Sequence record: CP125802.1
Strand: one strand, 5' to 3'
DNA length: 32,000 nucleotides
The notes below the pieces were generated by a model, which was not told where the DNA came from, did not search any database, and saw nothing but the letters and a program-made list of their open reading frames with translations. The number at the start of each line of letters is the position of its first letter. Positions within the stretch are counted from its first letter, which is position 1. This document shows, in pieces, positions 22,117 to 31,539 of this stretch. The translations under genes were made by a program, and so were the position numbers.

Positions 22117-23988
22117 TTATAATATATTTACTTTTAATGTTATACCTAGTTTACCATTATTAGTTGATTTATCCATATAATTTATGATATTACTATTTTT
22201 TATATAATTTAATCTTAATCTATCTTTAGAGTAACCATTATTATTTGAAGTTTCATCAAAGATATTATAGATATATAAATTATTATTTTTAAATGAACCT
22301 TTAGTCATTAAGATTCTATTAGATCTATTTTTACCTTTTCTAGCACCTACTTTACCTTTTAATAATAAAGATCAACCTACTATATTTTTATATAATATTT
22401 CATTATTTAAAGTTAAATTATTATCCATATCTAAATGATTATAATAATCTTTTATATCATTATTAATATAAGAGATATTATTATTTGATTTATTTAATTC
22501 ATTTAATAATAATAATTCTTTTTTTATATTATTTTCTACATTTAATATATTATTATTTAAAGACATATTTTTTAATAAATTATTTGCTATTTTATTTTTT
22601 AATACACCTTTATCATTTAATAGTGGTATTCTATTTTTTAATCTAAATCTAAATATACGTGATAATGTTCTTTGTCTTTTTGATATTCCTTTTCTTATTA
22701 ATTTTAATAATATTTCTGGATTATTAAATTCATATTTTAAATTTATACCTTTTATTTCTACTTCTTTTAATCCAAAGTATTTACTTATTATCATTTTTAT
22801 ATTATTTGATGTACCTTTATTTATTATTTTACCTAATAATATATCTACATAACTTACTATATATCCATTTACATTTAATTTAGAATTATTTATTTTTAAT
22901 ATGTTTCTATTACTTTTTCTTTCTGCACCTGGTGTGGGAGCGGAGACTTTATTTAATAATATATCATTTTTTAATAAATAATTATTTATTAAATCTTTTC
23001 TTTCTAATAATAGTTCATTTTTTGAATGTATATTACTTATTCCACATATTAATTTATTTGTATCTAATACTTTATTGTATATATTTAATATATTTGTATC
23101 ATTATTTCTTTTTAATATTCTTAATAATTGACTTTCTCTTTTCATTTCTTTTAATTCATTACTTTTTATTTCATTTTCTATTAATTTTGATACATTTCAT
23201 AATGTTTTATTTATCATTACTTCTTTTGGTAAGTTTCCTACTTCTTCTATATTTTTTTTTAATAATTCTTTTAATAATAACATTCATTTTTTATTTTCTT
23301 TCTCATTTATACTTAAATTATTTATTATATTTTTTACATTAGTATTTATATATTTTACATTATTTCTATTTGACATTATATTATTTATTATATTTGATAC
23401 TATCTCTTTTTCTTGTAATATATATGATCCTTTTTTATAATCTTTATTTAATAATACTAATTCTTTATAATCTTTTATTTTATTTATAAACATATTTATT
23501 CTACTTATATTTTTATATGATTTATTATTTGGTAAAAAATAATAAAATAATACTTCTACTTTATTTAATTTCTCTTTTATTACTGGTTTACTTATTATTA
23601 TACTTCCACCACTTTTTGATACTCTTTCTCCATCTTTTTTTAAATCTACTCCATTTATTATATTTTCTAATAATCTTATTATTAATTTACTTATTATACT
23701 TTTTAATATCATTCCATTCTTATTATAATTATAACTTATTAATTTATAATCATTTATATGATTTAATTTCTCTAATTTATTTATTCTTAATAATAATCTT
23801 TTTCTTAATATTATCTCTTTATTTATTCTTTTTGATATACTTCTATTTATTAATTCTAATCAGTTCTTTATCTCCATTTTTAATAATCCTTTTGATAATC
23901 CTTCCCTTATATTTCTTTTTAATATATATTTCATTACTTTATTTATCATTTCTTTTTTCTTTTTTTTTATACTTTCTCTTATACCCAT
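22117..23988 (-). CDS. rps3: Mitochondrial ribosomal protein S3 / Var1-like (623 aa, Asn/Lys/Ile-rich)
   Basis: Track ORFs 23284..23712, 22372..23145 and 22117..22308 share one frame and are joined by TGA codons. The frame opens after TAA at 24007, and the first ATG is at 23988. The C-terminal block IVGWSLLLKGKVGARKGKNRSNRILMTKGSFKN resembles the conserved C terminus of fungal mitochondrial Rps3/Var1. This assignment is by resemblance only. Confidence 0.75.
22924..22947. repeat. GC cluster inside the rps3/var1-like ORF
   Basis: The sequence is tgcacctggtgtgggagcggagac. It is read in frame as VSAPTPGAE within an otherwise Asn/Lys-rich protein. Confidence 0.8.
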
Positions 23989-24021
23989 TGATATAATTCT
24001 AATTTTTTACAGATTGTTCTT

Positions 24022-24095
24022 TATTAATAGAAAGACTCGAACTTAACATTTATTGCATATGAGGCAATCGTTTTAACCAATTAAACTATATTAAT
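24022..24095 (-). tRNA. trnM: tRNA with a CAU anticodon. It could be elongator Met, initiator Met, or a lysidine-modified Ile; these cannot be distinguished from sequence.
   Basis: The fold is ATTAATA-TA-GTTT-AATTGGTTA-AAAC-G-ATTGC-CTCATAT-GCAAT-AAATG-TTAAG-TTCGAGT-CTTTC-TATTAAT-A. The T stem has two mismatches. Confidence 0.8.
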
Positions 24096-24118
24096 TTCTT
24101 TACTAAACATCCCTTTTC

Positions 24119-24137
24119 TGCTCCCCCATCTGGGGAC
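24119..24137. repeat. Small GC palindrome between trnM and trnH
   Basis: The sequence is tgctcccccatctggggac (TCCCCA..TGGGGA). It is followed by ctgactaactgactgactaac short repeats. Confidence 0.6.
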
Positions 24138-24163
24138 TGACTAACTGACTGACTAACTTTTTG

Positions 24164-24237
24164 GGTAAATACTGAGACTTGAACTCAGATCACATACGCC
24201 ACAAGTATTCATTCTAACCTATTAAATTATATTTACC
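24164..24237 (-). tRNA. trnH: tRNA-His, anticodon GUG, with an encoded G-1
   Basis: The fold is G-GTAAATA-TA-ATTT-AATAGGTTA-GAAT-G-AATAC-TTGTGGC-GTATG-TGAT-CTGAG-TTCAAGT-CTCAG-TATTTAC-C. Confidence 0.88.
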
Positions 24238-24274
24238 ATTCTCTTCTCTTTTTTATAAAGCTACTTCCCTTAGT

Positions 24275-24347
24275 TAGGAAAAACCGGACTTGAACCGAAT
24301 ATAAATTGATTAAAAGTCAAACGTTTTACCATTTAAACTACTTTCCC
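24275..24347 (-). tRNA. trnK: tRNA-Lys, anticodon UUU
   Basis: The acceptor stem is GGGAAAG/TTTTCCT. The anticodon loop is CTTTTAA. The T loop is TTCAAGT. Confidence 0.85.
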
Positions 24348-24364
24348 TTCTCTTTTTCACTTCA

Positions 24365-24437
24365 TTGAATCGAATAGATTCGAACTATTATTAGCTTGCC
24401 CCAAATGCAAGTGACTTACCTATTAGTCTACGACTCA
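24365..24437 (-). tRNA. trnQ: tRNA-Gln, anticodon UUG
   Basis: The fold is TGAGTCG-TA-GACT-AATAGGTA-AGTC-A-CTTGC-ATTTGGG-GCAAG-CTAAT-AATAG-TTCGAAT-CTATT-CGATTCA-A. Confidence 0.88.
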
Positions 24438-24450
24438 TTCTCTCTTTTTT

Positions 24451-24534
24451 TGTCATTGATAAGACTTGAACTTATACGCTTTTAAAAGCAATACATTTTA
24501 AGTGTATTGTGACTACCAATTCCACCACAATGAC
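24451..24534 (-). tRNA. trnL: tRNA-Leu, anticodon UAA, class II with a long variable arm
   Basis: The acceptor stem is GTCATTG/CAATGAC. The anticodon arm is ATACA-CTTAAAA-TGTAT. The variable arm is TGCTTTTAAAAGCG. The length is 84 nt. Confidence 0.9.
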
Positions 24535-24578
24535 TTCCTATAAATAAATTTATAAATAAATTAATATTTAGTTCCCCT

Positions 24579-24647
24579 ATGCTTAGATGAGAATCGAACT
24601 CACTTTAGTTAATTTGCAATTAACTTGTTGACCTTCAACACTAAACA
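24579..24647 (-). tRNA. trnC: tRNA-Cys, anticodon GCA
   Basis: The acceptor stem is TGTTTAG/CTAAGCA. The anticodon arm is GTTAA-TTGCAAA-TTAAC. The T arm is GTGAG-TTCGATT-CTCAT. Confidence 0.85.
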
Positions 24648-24868
24648 TTAACTCTTTATATTATATATATATATATTATTATATAAAATTATTATAAATA
24701 CTCTATTTTTATAAAGTTATTTTCCCCTATATATTAATTAATAAATAAATAAAGAACCACCTTTATATACTACATTATACTATACATTAATATTCTATAT
24801 ATATATATATATATATATTTATTTATATTTATATTTATATTTATATTTATATTATCTTTAATTTTTTA

Positions 24869-26317
24869 TTATATTACTATTGAATATATTAAAGCATTTG
24901 AAGATAAGTATAATATATTACTTATAAAGTTAGGTACTATACCTAATACTAATGTAGGTAAAGCTAAGAAGAATAATATAAAGTGTTCTCTATATAATAA
25001 ATCATAAGTTACAGATAAGTATTTAGAGAATGTACCTGAAGTTAATTTATTAGTTAATTTCATTTGGTAACATGCTGATAATAATACTGATGATGCTGCT
25101 AAAACTCCTATTACTGGATAATTAGTTATTGCTCCTGTTATACATAAGAATTCTCCTATAAAGTTATAACTTAATGGTGTACCTGTATTACTAAAACTAA
25201 AGAATACTAAGTATACTGCAAATAATGGCATAAATTGAGTTAATCCTTGATAATAGAATAATACCCTATTATGATATCTATCATATAATACTCCTCCCAT
25301 TAATATAAATAAAGCTGGTGATACAAATCCATGAGCTAAACATAATACTAATGATCCTATTATTCCTAATAAATTATTTGCAAATATTCCTAATATACAT
25401 ACTCCTAAATGACTTATTGAACTATAAGCTATTATTACTTTTAAATCTGTTTGACTTAATGTTACTAAACTACTATATATTATTGTTATTATTCCTATTA
25501 CATATAATATTGGTGCATATAATAATGATATTTCTGATATATTTGATAATAATATTCTTATTATTCCATATATTGCTAATTTTAATATTATTCCTGCTAA
25601 TAATATTGATCCCCCTAATGGTGATTCTGAGTGTACTGTTGGTAATCATGTATGTACTGGTACTAATGGTGTTTTTACTCCTAATCCTATCATTAATCCT
25701 ATTAATAATACACTTTGTAATTCTATTGATATTATTTTACTATTTATTGTTACATAATCTACATTATTGTATACTACATATATTAATACTATTGATAATA
25801 ACATAAATAATGAACTACATAATGTATATATTAATACATAATAAGCTGCTTTATTTTTTTTTGATCCTCCATATATTCCTATAATTAAATATAATGGTAT
25901 TAATGTACTTTCAAATAATACATAGAAACTTATTAAATCTAAACATACAAAATTTAATCCCATTAATATTACTAATAACATTAATAATATCATATATGTT
26001 CCACGTTTTTCTGTTATATTTTCTCAATTTGATATTATACTTATTACTCCTAAATATATTGTTAATATTAAGAATATTAATCCTATTCCATCATATCCAA
26101 AATCTATATTTAATACATTTACTACTCTTAAATATCCATAATCATTTATATTTATACTATTTAATTCATTTATTACTATATATAAACTTGCTATACATAA
26201 TATTAATATACTTTTACTTATCATATTTTTATTTCCTTTTATTGATAATATTCTATTCTTTGTTAATCCTATTATCCCTGATAATCCTACAAAATTTATT
26301 CACATTAAATTTAACAT
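24869..26317 (-). CDS. nad4: NADH dehydrogenase subunit 4 (482 aa)
   Basis: Track ORFs 26024..26224, 25646..25993 (FESTLIPLYLIIGIYGG...GVKTPLVPVHT) and 24869..25300 are in one frame and joined by TGA codons. The frame extends 31 codons further upstream to ATG 26317 (MLNLMWINFVGLSGIIGL...). Confidence 0.9.
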
Positions 26318-26411
26318 TCCTTTTTCTTTCTCTATTTATCATATATCTTCTTTTATATATATCATAAACTAAACTAACTTTTCTTTCCCCCTTTCTCTTT
26401 CTCTCTTCTTT

Positions 26412-26482
26412 TATATCCTATCGGAGTTGAACCAATATATTTAAATCCGTAGTTTAATATTTTACCATTAAATTAAGGATAC
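26412..26482 (-). tRNA. trnR: tRNA-Arg, anticodon ACG
   Basis: The fold is GTATCCT-TA-ATTT-AATGGTA-AAAT-A-TTAAA-CTACGGA-TTTAA-ATAT-ATTGG-TTCAACT-CCGAT-AGGATAT-A. Confidence 0.85.
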
Positions 26483-26491
26483 CTACCTTAT

Positions 26492-26572
26492 CGGAAATTG
26501 TAGGAATCGAACCCACACAGAATCTCTTCAATTATATAGCAAATAACACATCTTACCAATGATTAAATTTCC
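26492..26572 (-). tRNA. trnS: tRNA-Ser, anticodon GCU, with a long variable arm
   Basis: The acceptor stem is GGAAATT/AATTTCC. The anticodon loop is TTGCTAT. The T arm is GTGGG-TTCGATT-CCTAC. The length is 81 nt. Confidence 0.85.
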
Positions 26573-26576
26573 TTCT

Positions 26577-26650
26577 CGATTCTGACCTGACTCGAACAGG
26601 CAACCCTCATTGTGACAAAATGATACTTAAACCAATTAAGCTACAGAACC
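26577..26650 (-). tRNA. trnD: tRNA-Asp, anticodon GUC
   Basis: The acceptor stem is GGTTCTG/CAGAATC. The anticodon arm is TCATT-TTGTCAC-AATGA. The T loop is TTCGAGT. Confidence 0.88.
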
Positions 26651-26668
26651 TTATACCTATATCCTTAG

Positions 26669-26740
26669 TGGAGTTATCAGGAATCGAACCCAAATATATT
26701 GCTTGCAAAGCAATCGTTCTACCAATTAAACTATAACCCC
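26669..26740 (-). tRNA. trnA: tRNA-Ala, anticodon UGC
   Basis: The acceptor stem is GGGGTTA/TAACTCC, with a G3:U70 pair. The anticodon arm is ATTGC-TTTGCAA-GCAAT. Confidence 0.88.
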
Positions 26741-26982
26741 CTATATTATATATTATATTATTATATAATTATTATTTATATTTATATTTATATATAATTT
26801 TATATATAAATATATTTTTATATATTTTTTTTAATTAATAATCAATTAATCAATTATACTATATTTAACTATATTTAACTATATATTTATTATATATATA
26901 TTTATATACATACTACTACTAATTACTAACTAACTAACTAATTACTAACTAACTACTAACTAATTAACTAATTCATTTATAT

Positions 26983-27014
<32 letters not shown>

Positions 27015-27055
27015 CATATATTATATTATATTATATTATATATATTATATATTTA

Positions 27056-28117
27056 TTAAACTATTAATGATAATCCATTTCCTGCAAATAATAAACAAGG
27101 AATAAATATACATAAAGCGAATAATAAAGGTAATAATACATATCAACAGAATAAGATTAATAAATCGAATCTTAATCTAGGGAATGAAGCTCTTACTCAT
27201 ATATAAGTAAATAAGAAGAAATTAGTTTTCATTATAAATAATGCACTAAATATTAATCCTTCTATAAATCAGTATAAATTATTTTGAGGTAATACATCCA
27301 TAAATAATATACTATTGATATCTAAAGGTCATGATAAATAACCTCCAAAGAAGAATGTTACTGTTAATACTGACATTAATACCATTGATGTATATTCACT
27401 TAAGAAGAATATAACAAATGGTGATGCTGATAATTCTGTCATATGTCCTGATACTAACTCTGATTCTGCTTCTATATTATCAAATGGTGGTCTAGCTGTT
27501 TCTGCTAATGCTGCTATAAAGTATATTATACATAATGGTAATAATGGTACTATATTATTTATATATACTTGGTTTTCTATTACTAATTCTATATTTAATG
27601 AGTTTACTAATAATACTATTATAAATACTATTGTTGTTAATATTAATTCATAACTTATTAATTGAGCTGTTGTACGAACTGATGCTAATATTGTATATTT
27701 ACTATTTGACATTCATCCTACTATTACTGTACCTAATACTCCTAATGATCCTGATCCTAATAAGAATATTAATGAATATTCTCCTTCTATTATTCCTAAT
27801 CCTGTATTTAATGGTACTACTCCAAAACTTATTAATACTGCATATAATGTTATTAATGGTCCTCCTATCATATATATATATTCCCCATTATGTACTAATA
27901 CTATCTCTTTTACTAATAATTTTAATGCATCAGCTATTGCCATTAATACCCCATAGTATCCTACCGCATTTGGTCCTAATCTTCTTTGCATATAAGCCAT
28001 CGTTTTTCTTTCAGCTACTGTTAAATAGGCTACTCCTAATAATAATCCTACTATAAATATTATCGCCATTAATAAATATTCTATTGATTCTAAGATCTCT
28101 ATTATTGTATATATCAT
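27056..28117 (-). CDS. nad1: NADH dehydrogenase subunit 1 (353 aa)
   Basis: Track ORFs 27713..28117 ([33 protein letters not shown]) and 27329..27712 ([19 protein letters not shown]) are in frame. The frame continues through TGA codons to ...[25 protein letters not shown]...GNGLSLIV, with a TAA stop at 27056. The length is 1062 nt. Confidence 0.92.
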
Positions 28118-28314
28118 CTTCTTTTTTCCTTTTTCTTTTTTAATTTCTTTTTCTTATTATTATTTATGAATAAATTATATTATATTCATATCTTTTTTAA
28201 TAATAAATACTTCTTTTATCCCTTATAATATTCTCTTTTTCATTTAATATTATTTTTTCTTTACTTCATTTTTTTTTATTATATATTTATATTATATTTA
28301 TATTAAATATTTTA

Positions 28315-28818
28315 TTATTTTTCATTTTTTTCTGATTTTATTACTACTATTATTCCTATTATTCCTAATAATAATATTAAAGCTATTAATATTAAGATAA
28401 ATGAATATTCTGTAAATATTAAACTACCTATTGTTGTTAAATCTGAATTATTATGTATATTTAATAAATTAAAGTTTTCATATATATTTACACTATTTAT
28501 ATCACAATCATTTGAATCATTATAATCTAAATCATCTAAAAATAATATTAATAATATTACAAATAAACTACTATATTGAGGTTCATATTCTTCTTTTTTA
28601 TTTAATACTGATAGTATAAATACAAATAATACTACTACCGCTCCTACATATATTAATGTATATAATATACCAAATAATTGTGAACTATTAAATCATAATT
28701 CTGTTATTACTGGTATTATTGTCCCTACTAATATCCCTAATGATTCAAATGATGTTGTACTTATTAGGATATAATACCCTATTAATGTTACATCTAATAT
28801 ATTAAAATCTATAAACAT
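28315..28818 (-). CDS. nad6: NADH dehydrogenase subunit 6 (167 aa). It is absent from the ORF track because of an early TGA and no downstream start codon.
   Basis: Hand translation gives MFIDFNILDVTLIGYYILISTTSFESLGILVGTIIPVITELWFNSSQLFGILYTLIYVGAVVVLFVFILSVLNKKEE...IALILLLGIIGIIVVIKSEKNEK. The YVGAVxVLFxF core is typical of ND6. The length is 504 nt and in phase. Confidence 0.78.
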
Positions 28819-29045
28819 TTTCTCTTCTCTTTTTTTCTTTTTTAATTATATTTTATAAATAATATTTTATTTCTTATTATCTATATTAATTATCTCGATT
28901 TATATATATATTAATTATATATATATAATTTTTTTATATAAATATATATATATATTTATACTTTCTTTTTGAATATATATGTGAACTTTTTTTTCTAGTT
29001 TAGTTTGGGTAATTTCATCTTAACTTACCTTCTCTATTCTTTTTT

Positions 29046-29130
29046 TGAGAAGAGTGTGAATTGAACACACGAGGATAAATATCACTGAGTTTACAGTTCA
29101 GCTTCAACTACCAACATTGAAGATCTTCCC
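29046..29130 (-). tRNA. trnY: tRNA-Tyr, anticodon GUA, with a long variable arm
   Basis: The acceptor stem is GGGAAGA/TCTTCTC. The anticodon loop is CTGTAAA. The T arm is GTGTG-TTCAATT-CACAC. The length is 85 nt. Confidence 0.85.
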
Positions 29131-29143
29131 CATATATATTCTT

Positions 29144-29228
29144 CGGATTAAGTAGGACTTGAACCCACACTACTATAAAGTAATAATATTTCAAATATTA
29201 CGCAATAACCAAATTCTGCCATCAATCC
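29144..29228 (-). tRNA. trnS: tRNA-Ser, anticodon UGA, with a long variable arm
   Basis: The acceptor stem is GGATTGA/TTAATCC. The anticodon arm is TAATA-TTTGAAA-TATTA. The length is 85 nt. Confidence 0.88.
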
Positions 29229-29231
29229 TAT

Positions 29232-29304
29232 AGTCTAAATCAGGACTTGAACCTAAATCAAATATATTAACAGTATACCGCTTTACCAATTAAGCTATTC
29301 AGAC
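29232..29304 (-). tRNA. trnN: tRNA-Asn, anticodon GUU
   Basis: The acceptor stem is GTCTGAA/TTTAGAC. The anticodon arm is GTATA-CTGTTAA-TATAT. The T loop is TTCAAGT. Confidence 0.88.
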
Positions 29305-29320
29305 AATCTTTATATTATAT

Positions 29321-29394
29321 TATGATTAATTGGACTTGAACCAATAATTATTTAGGCCTAAACTAAACACGTCTACCTATTTCGTCATAATCAT
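29321..29394 (-). tRNA. trnL: tRNA with a UAG anticodon (CUN decoder, presumably Leu) but a short 5-nt variable arm
   Basis: The fold is ATGATTA-TG-ACGA-AATAGGTAG-ACGT-G-TTTAG-TTTAGGC-CTAAA-TAATT-ATTGG-TTCAAGT-CCAAT-TAATCAT-A. The acceptor, anticodon and T stems are perfect. Confidence 0.8.
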
Positions 29395-29526
29395 CTCTTT
29401 TTTTATTATATTATTATATAAATATATCTATAATTATATATTTCTTTTTTTATCTATCTATCTATATATATATATATATATATATATTTATTTATTTTTT
29501 TATTCAAAAGTAAGTAATACATAAGA

Positions 29527-30654
29527 TTATTTTTTTAAATATTTATTTAAGACTAATAATACTTCATTTAAGTTCAATAATTCATTATTAGTTATTGAAT
29601 CTTTTATTTTTATATAAAGTTTTTTACATTCAGGTATATCCTTTAAGTATTTACAGATTACTACACCTAATATGAAATTTACTAAATTTAGTTCCATTTT
29701 AGTATACATATTTGTACTTAATAACATTGGTATTATTTTATAATATAATATATCTTCATTATCTATTAATAAACTACTTCATACATTTTTTTTTGATTTT
29801 TTTAATGATACTTTTTGATCTCCTAAATCTATATCTTTTACTATATATAAAGGATCTTTATAATTTTTTATAAATTCTAGGATACCATCTAGTATTAAAT
29901 CATTATCAGTACTTTTTAATTCAAAAGAGTTCATATATTTATTCGCATTTTGTTTTTGTAATTTTAATAATCCTTTTGCTTCTATAAATCCTAATAAATA
30001 ATTTATTGTTAAATTCTTATTTATATAATTTAATCCTTTCTCTCTTGTTTCCCTATCTTCTAATATTATATTTTCTGATCATATTTCCATTCCTTTATTT
30101 ACTCAGGCTTCACCATGTAATTCTTCTTTAGTTATATCTAAATAATTCAATAACTCTTTAAACTTAATATAATCCTTAGATTTCTTTTCTGATATAAATC
30201 CATTATTTCCATCTATTATTCCCATTATCTTATTCAATTCTTCCTTTGAACGGATATCTATTACAGCTATAGATCTATCTATTCTATTATGAACTTTCTT
30301 ATTCTCTAAGAATATTTTTTTTATTATTAAGTTTAAATATCTCTCATTTTTATTTGATAACTCTATTGTTATATGTGGTACTATTCTATAGTATCCTTTT
30401 TTATGACCTACTCTTTTCCCTGTCTTTATATATCCATCTCCATCTATAAATCCTACTAAATGACTATTAAATTCATTATCCTTTAGGTCCTTTGTATTAT
30501 AGTCAAAACTATTTAAATTATTTTCTCTACAGTATTCATACTTAATTAATTTAGCTAATAATTCTTCTTTTATTAATGAAGTCATTTCCATTGAATCTAC
30601 AAAACTCTGTACATTCATTAATAAAACTTTGTTAAAATTTTTATTTTCACACAT
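29527..30654 (-). CDS. Free-standing double-motif LAGLIDADG endonuclease-like ORF (375 aa)
   Basis: Track ORFs 30103..30654 and 29527..29727 share one frame and are joined through TGA codons. The first motif is HLVGFIDGDGYIK. The second motif is YLLGFIEAKGLLK, with Lys where the acidic residue is expected. The ORF is not inside any recognisable host gene or intron core. The upstream frame is closed by TAA at 30727. Confidence 0.8.
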
Positions 30655-30854
30655 CTTATATTTCTCTTTATTACTCTCGCTCCTATTAATTATACCTATG
30701 TAATATAATTTTCCATTTCTACTTTCTTATCTTTATTATTATATACTTTTTTTTTATATACTAATTTTTATTTTGTATCTACTCAACTGTTGCTAATTAG
30801 TTTTTATTAAAAAATATTAAGATACTTTATATATATACATCTAGCTTTTAAATA

Positions 30855-30870
30855 GTGGAGGGGGGGACCC
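30855..30870. repeat. GC cluster abutting the decayed tRNA copy
   Basis: The sequence is gtggagggggggaccc. Confidence 0.6.
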
Positions 30871-30935
30871 TATTTTCTAAACTAACTTTTATTATCTTAT
30901 TAGATTATCGTTTTAACCAATTAAACTATACTAAC
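30871..30935 (-). pseudogene. Decayed trnM-family tRNA copy. The acceptor-D-anticodon part is retained, but the T arm and 3' acceptor strand are not foldable.
   Basis: The sequence reads GTTAGTA-TA-GTTT-AATTGGTTA-AAAC-G-ATAAT-CTAATAAG-ATAAT-AAAAG..., colinear with trnM (24022-24095) and with 30991-31064. There is no TTCGA T loop and no partner for the acceptor stem. It runs directly into the GC cluster. Confidence 0.55.
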
Positions 30936-30990
30936 TTCTTTACTTATCTATATTCAATCTATATTCTTTATATTATCTATTTTCTTCTTT

Positions 30991-31064
30991 TATTAATAGT
31001 AAGATTCGAACTTCACATTTATTATATTCTTATATAATAGTTTTACCAATTAAACTATATTAAC
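30991..31064 (-). tRNA. trnM-derived tRNA-like gene with an 8-nt anticodon loop; identity is undetermined
   Basis: The fold is GTTAATA-TA-GTTT-AATTGGTA-AAAC-T-ATTAT-ATAAGAAT-ATAAT-AAATG-TGAAG-TTCGAAT-CTTAC-TATTAAT-A. The acceptor, D and T arms are colinear with trnM at 24022-24095. The loop contains no CAU. Confidence 0.6.
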
Positions 31065-31080
31065 TCTTTTACTTCTTTTT

Positions 31081-31169
31081 ATTAAAATATTCTTATTATA
31101 TATATATTTTTATATCTCTATATAATATATATTAAAATTTTCTTATTATATATATATTTTTATATCTCT
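31081..31169. repeat. Two copies of a 39-nt unit with a 50-nt period, downstream of atp9
   Basis: Positions 31081-31119 read attaaaatattcttattatatatatatttttatatctct. Positions 31131-31169 read attaaaattttcttattatatatatatttttatatctct, with one mismatch. Confidence 0.8.
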
Positions 31170-31238
31170 TTATATTTATTTTATATAAATATATATATAT
31201 TTATATATATTTATTTATTTATTAAACCTTAGATTTAA

Positions 31239-31502
<264 letters not shown>

Positions 31503-31539
31503 TTAATTAATTTTTTCGTCATTTTTTTACCCTTTTTAA

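Noticed and set aside
29321-29394. CUN codon reassignment (to Thr or Ala) implied by the short-arm UAG tRNA
   Set aside because: The CUN codons I could place in cox1 fall on conserved Leu positions, so I do not claim a reassignment. Only the unusual tRNA architecture is reported.
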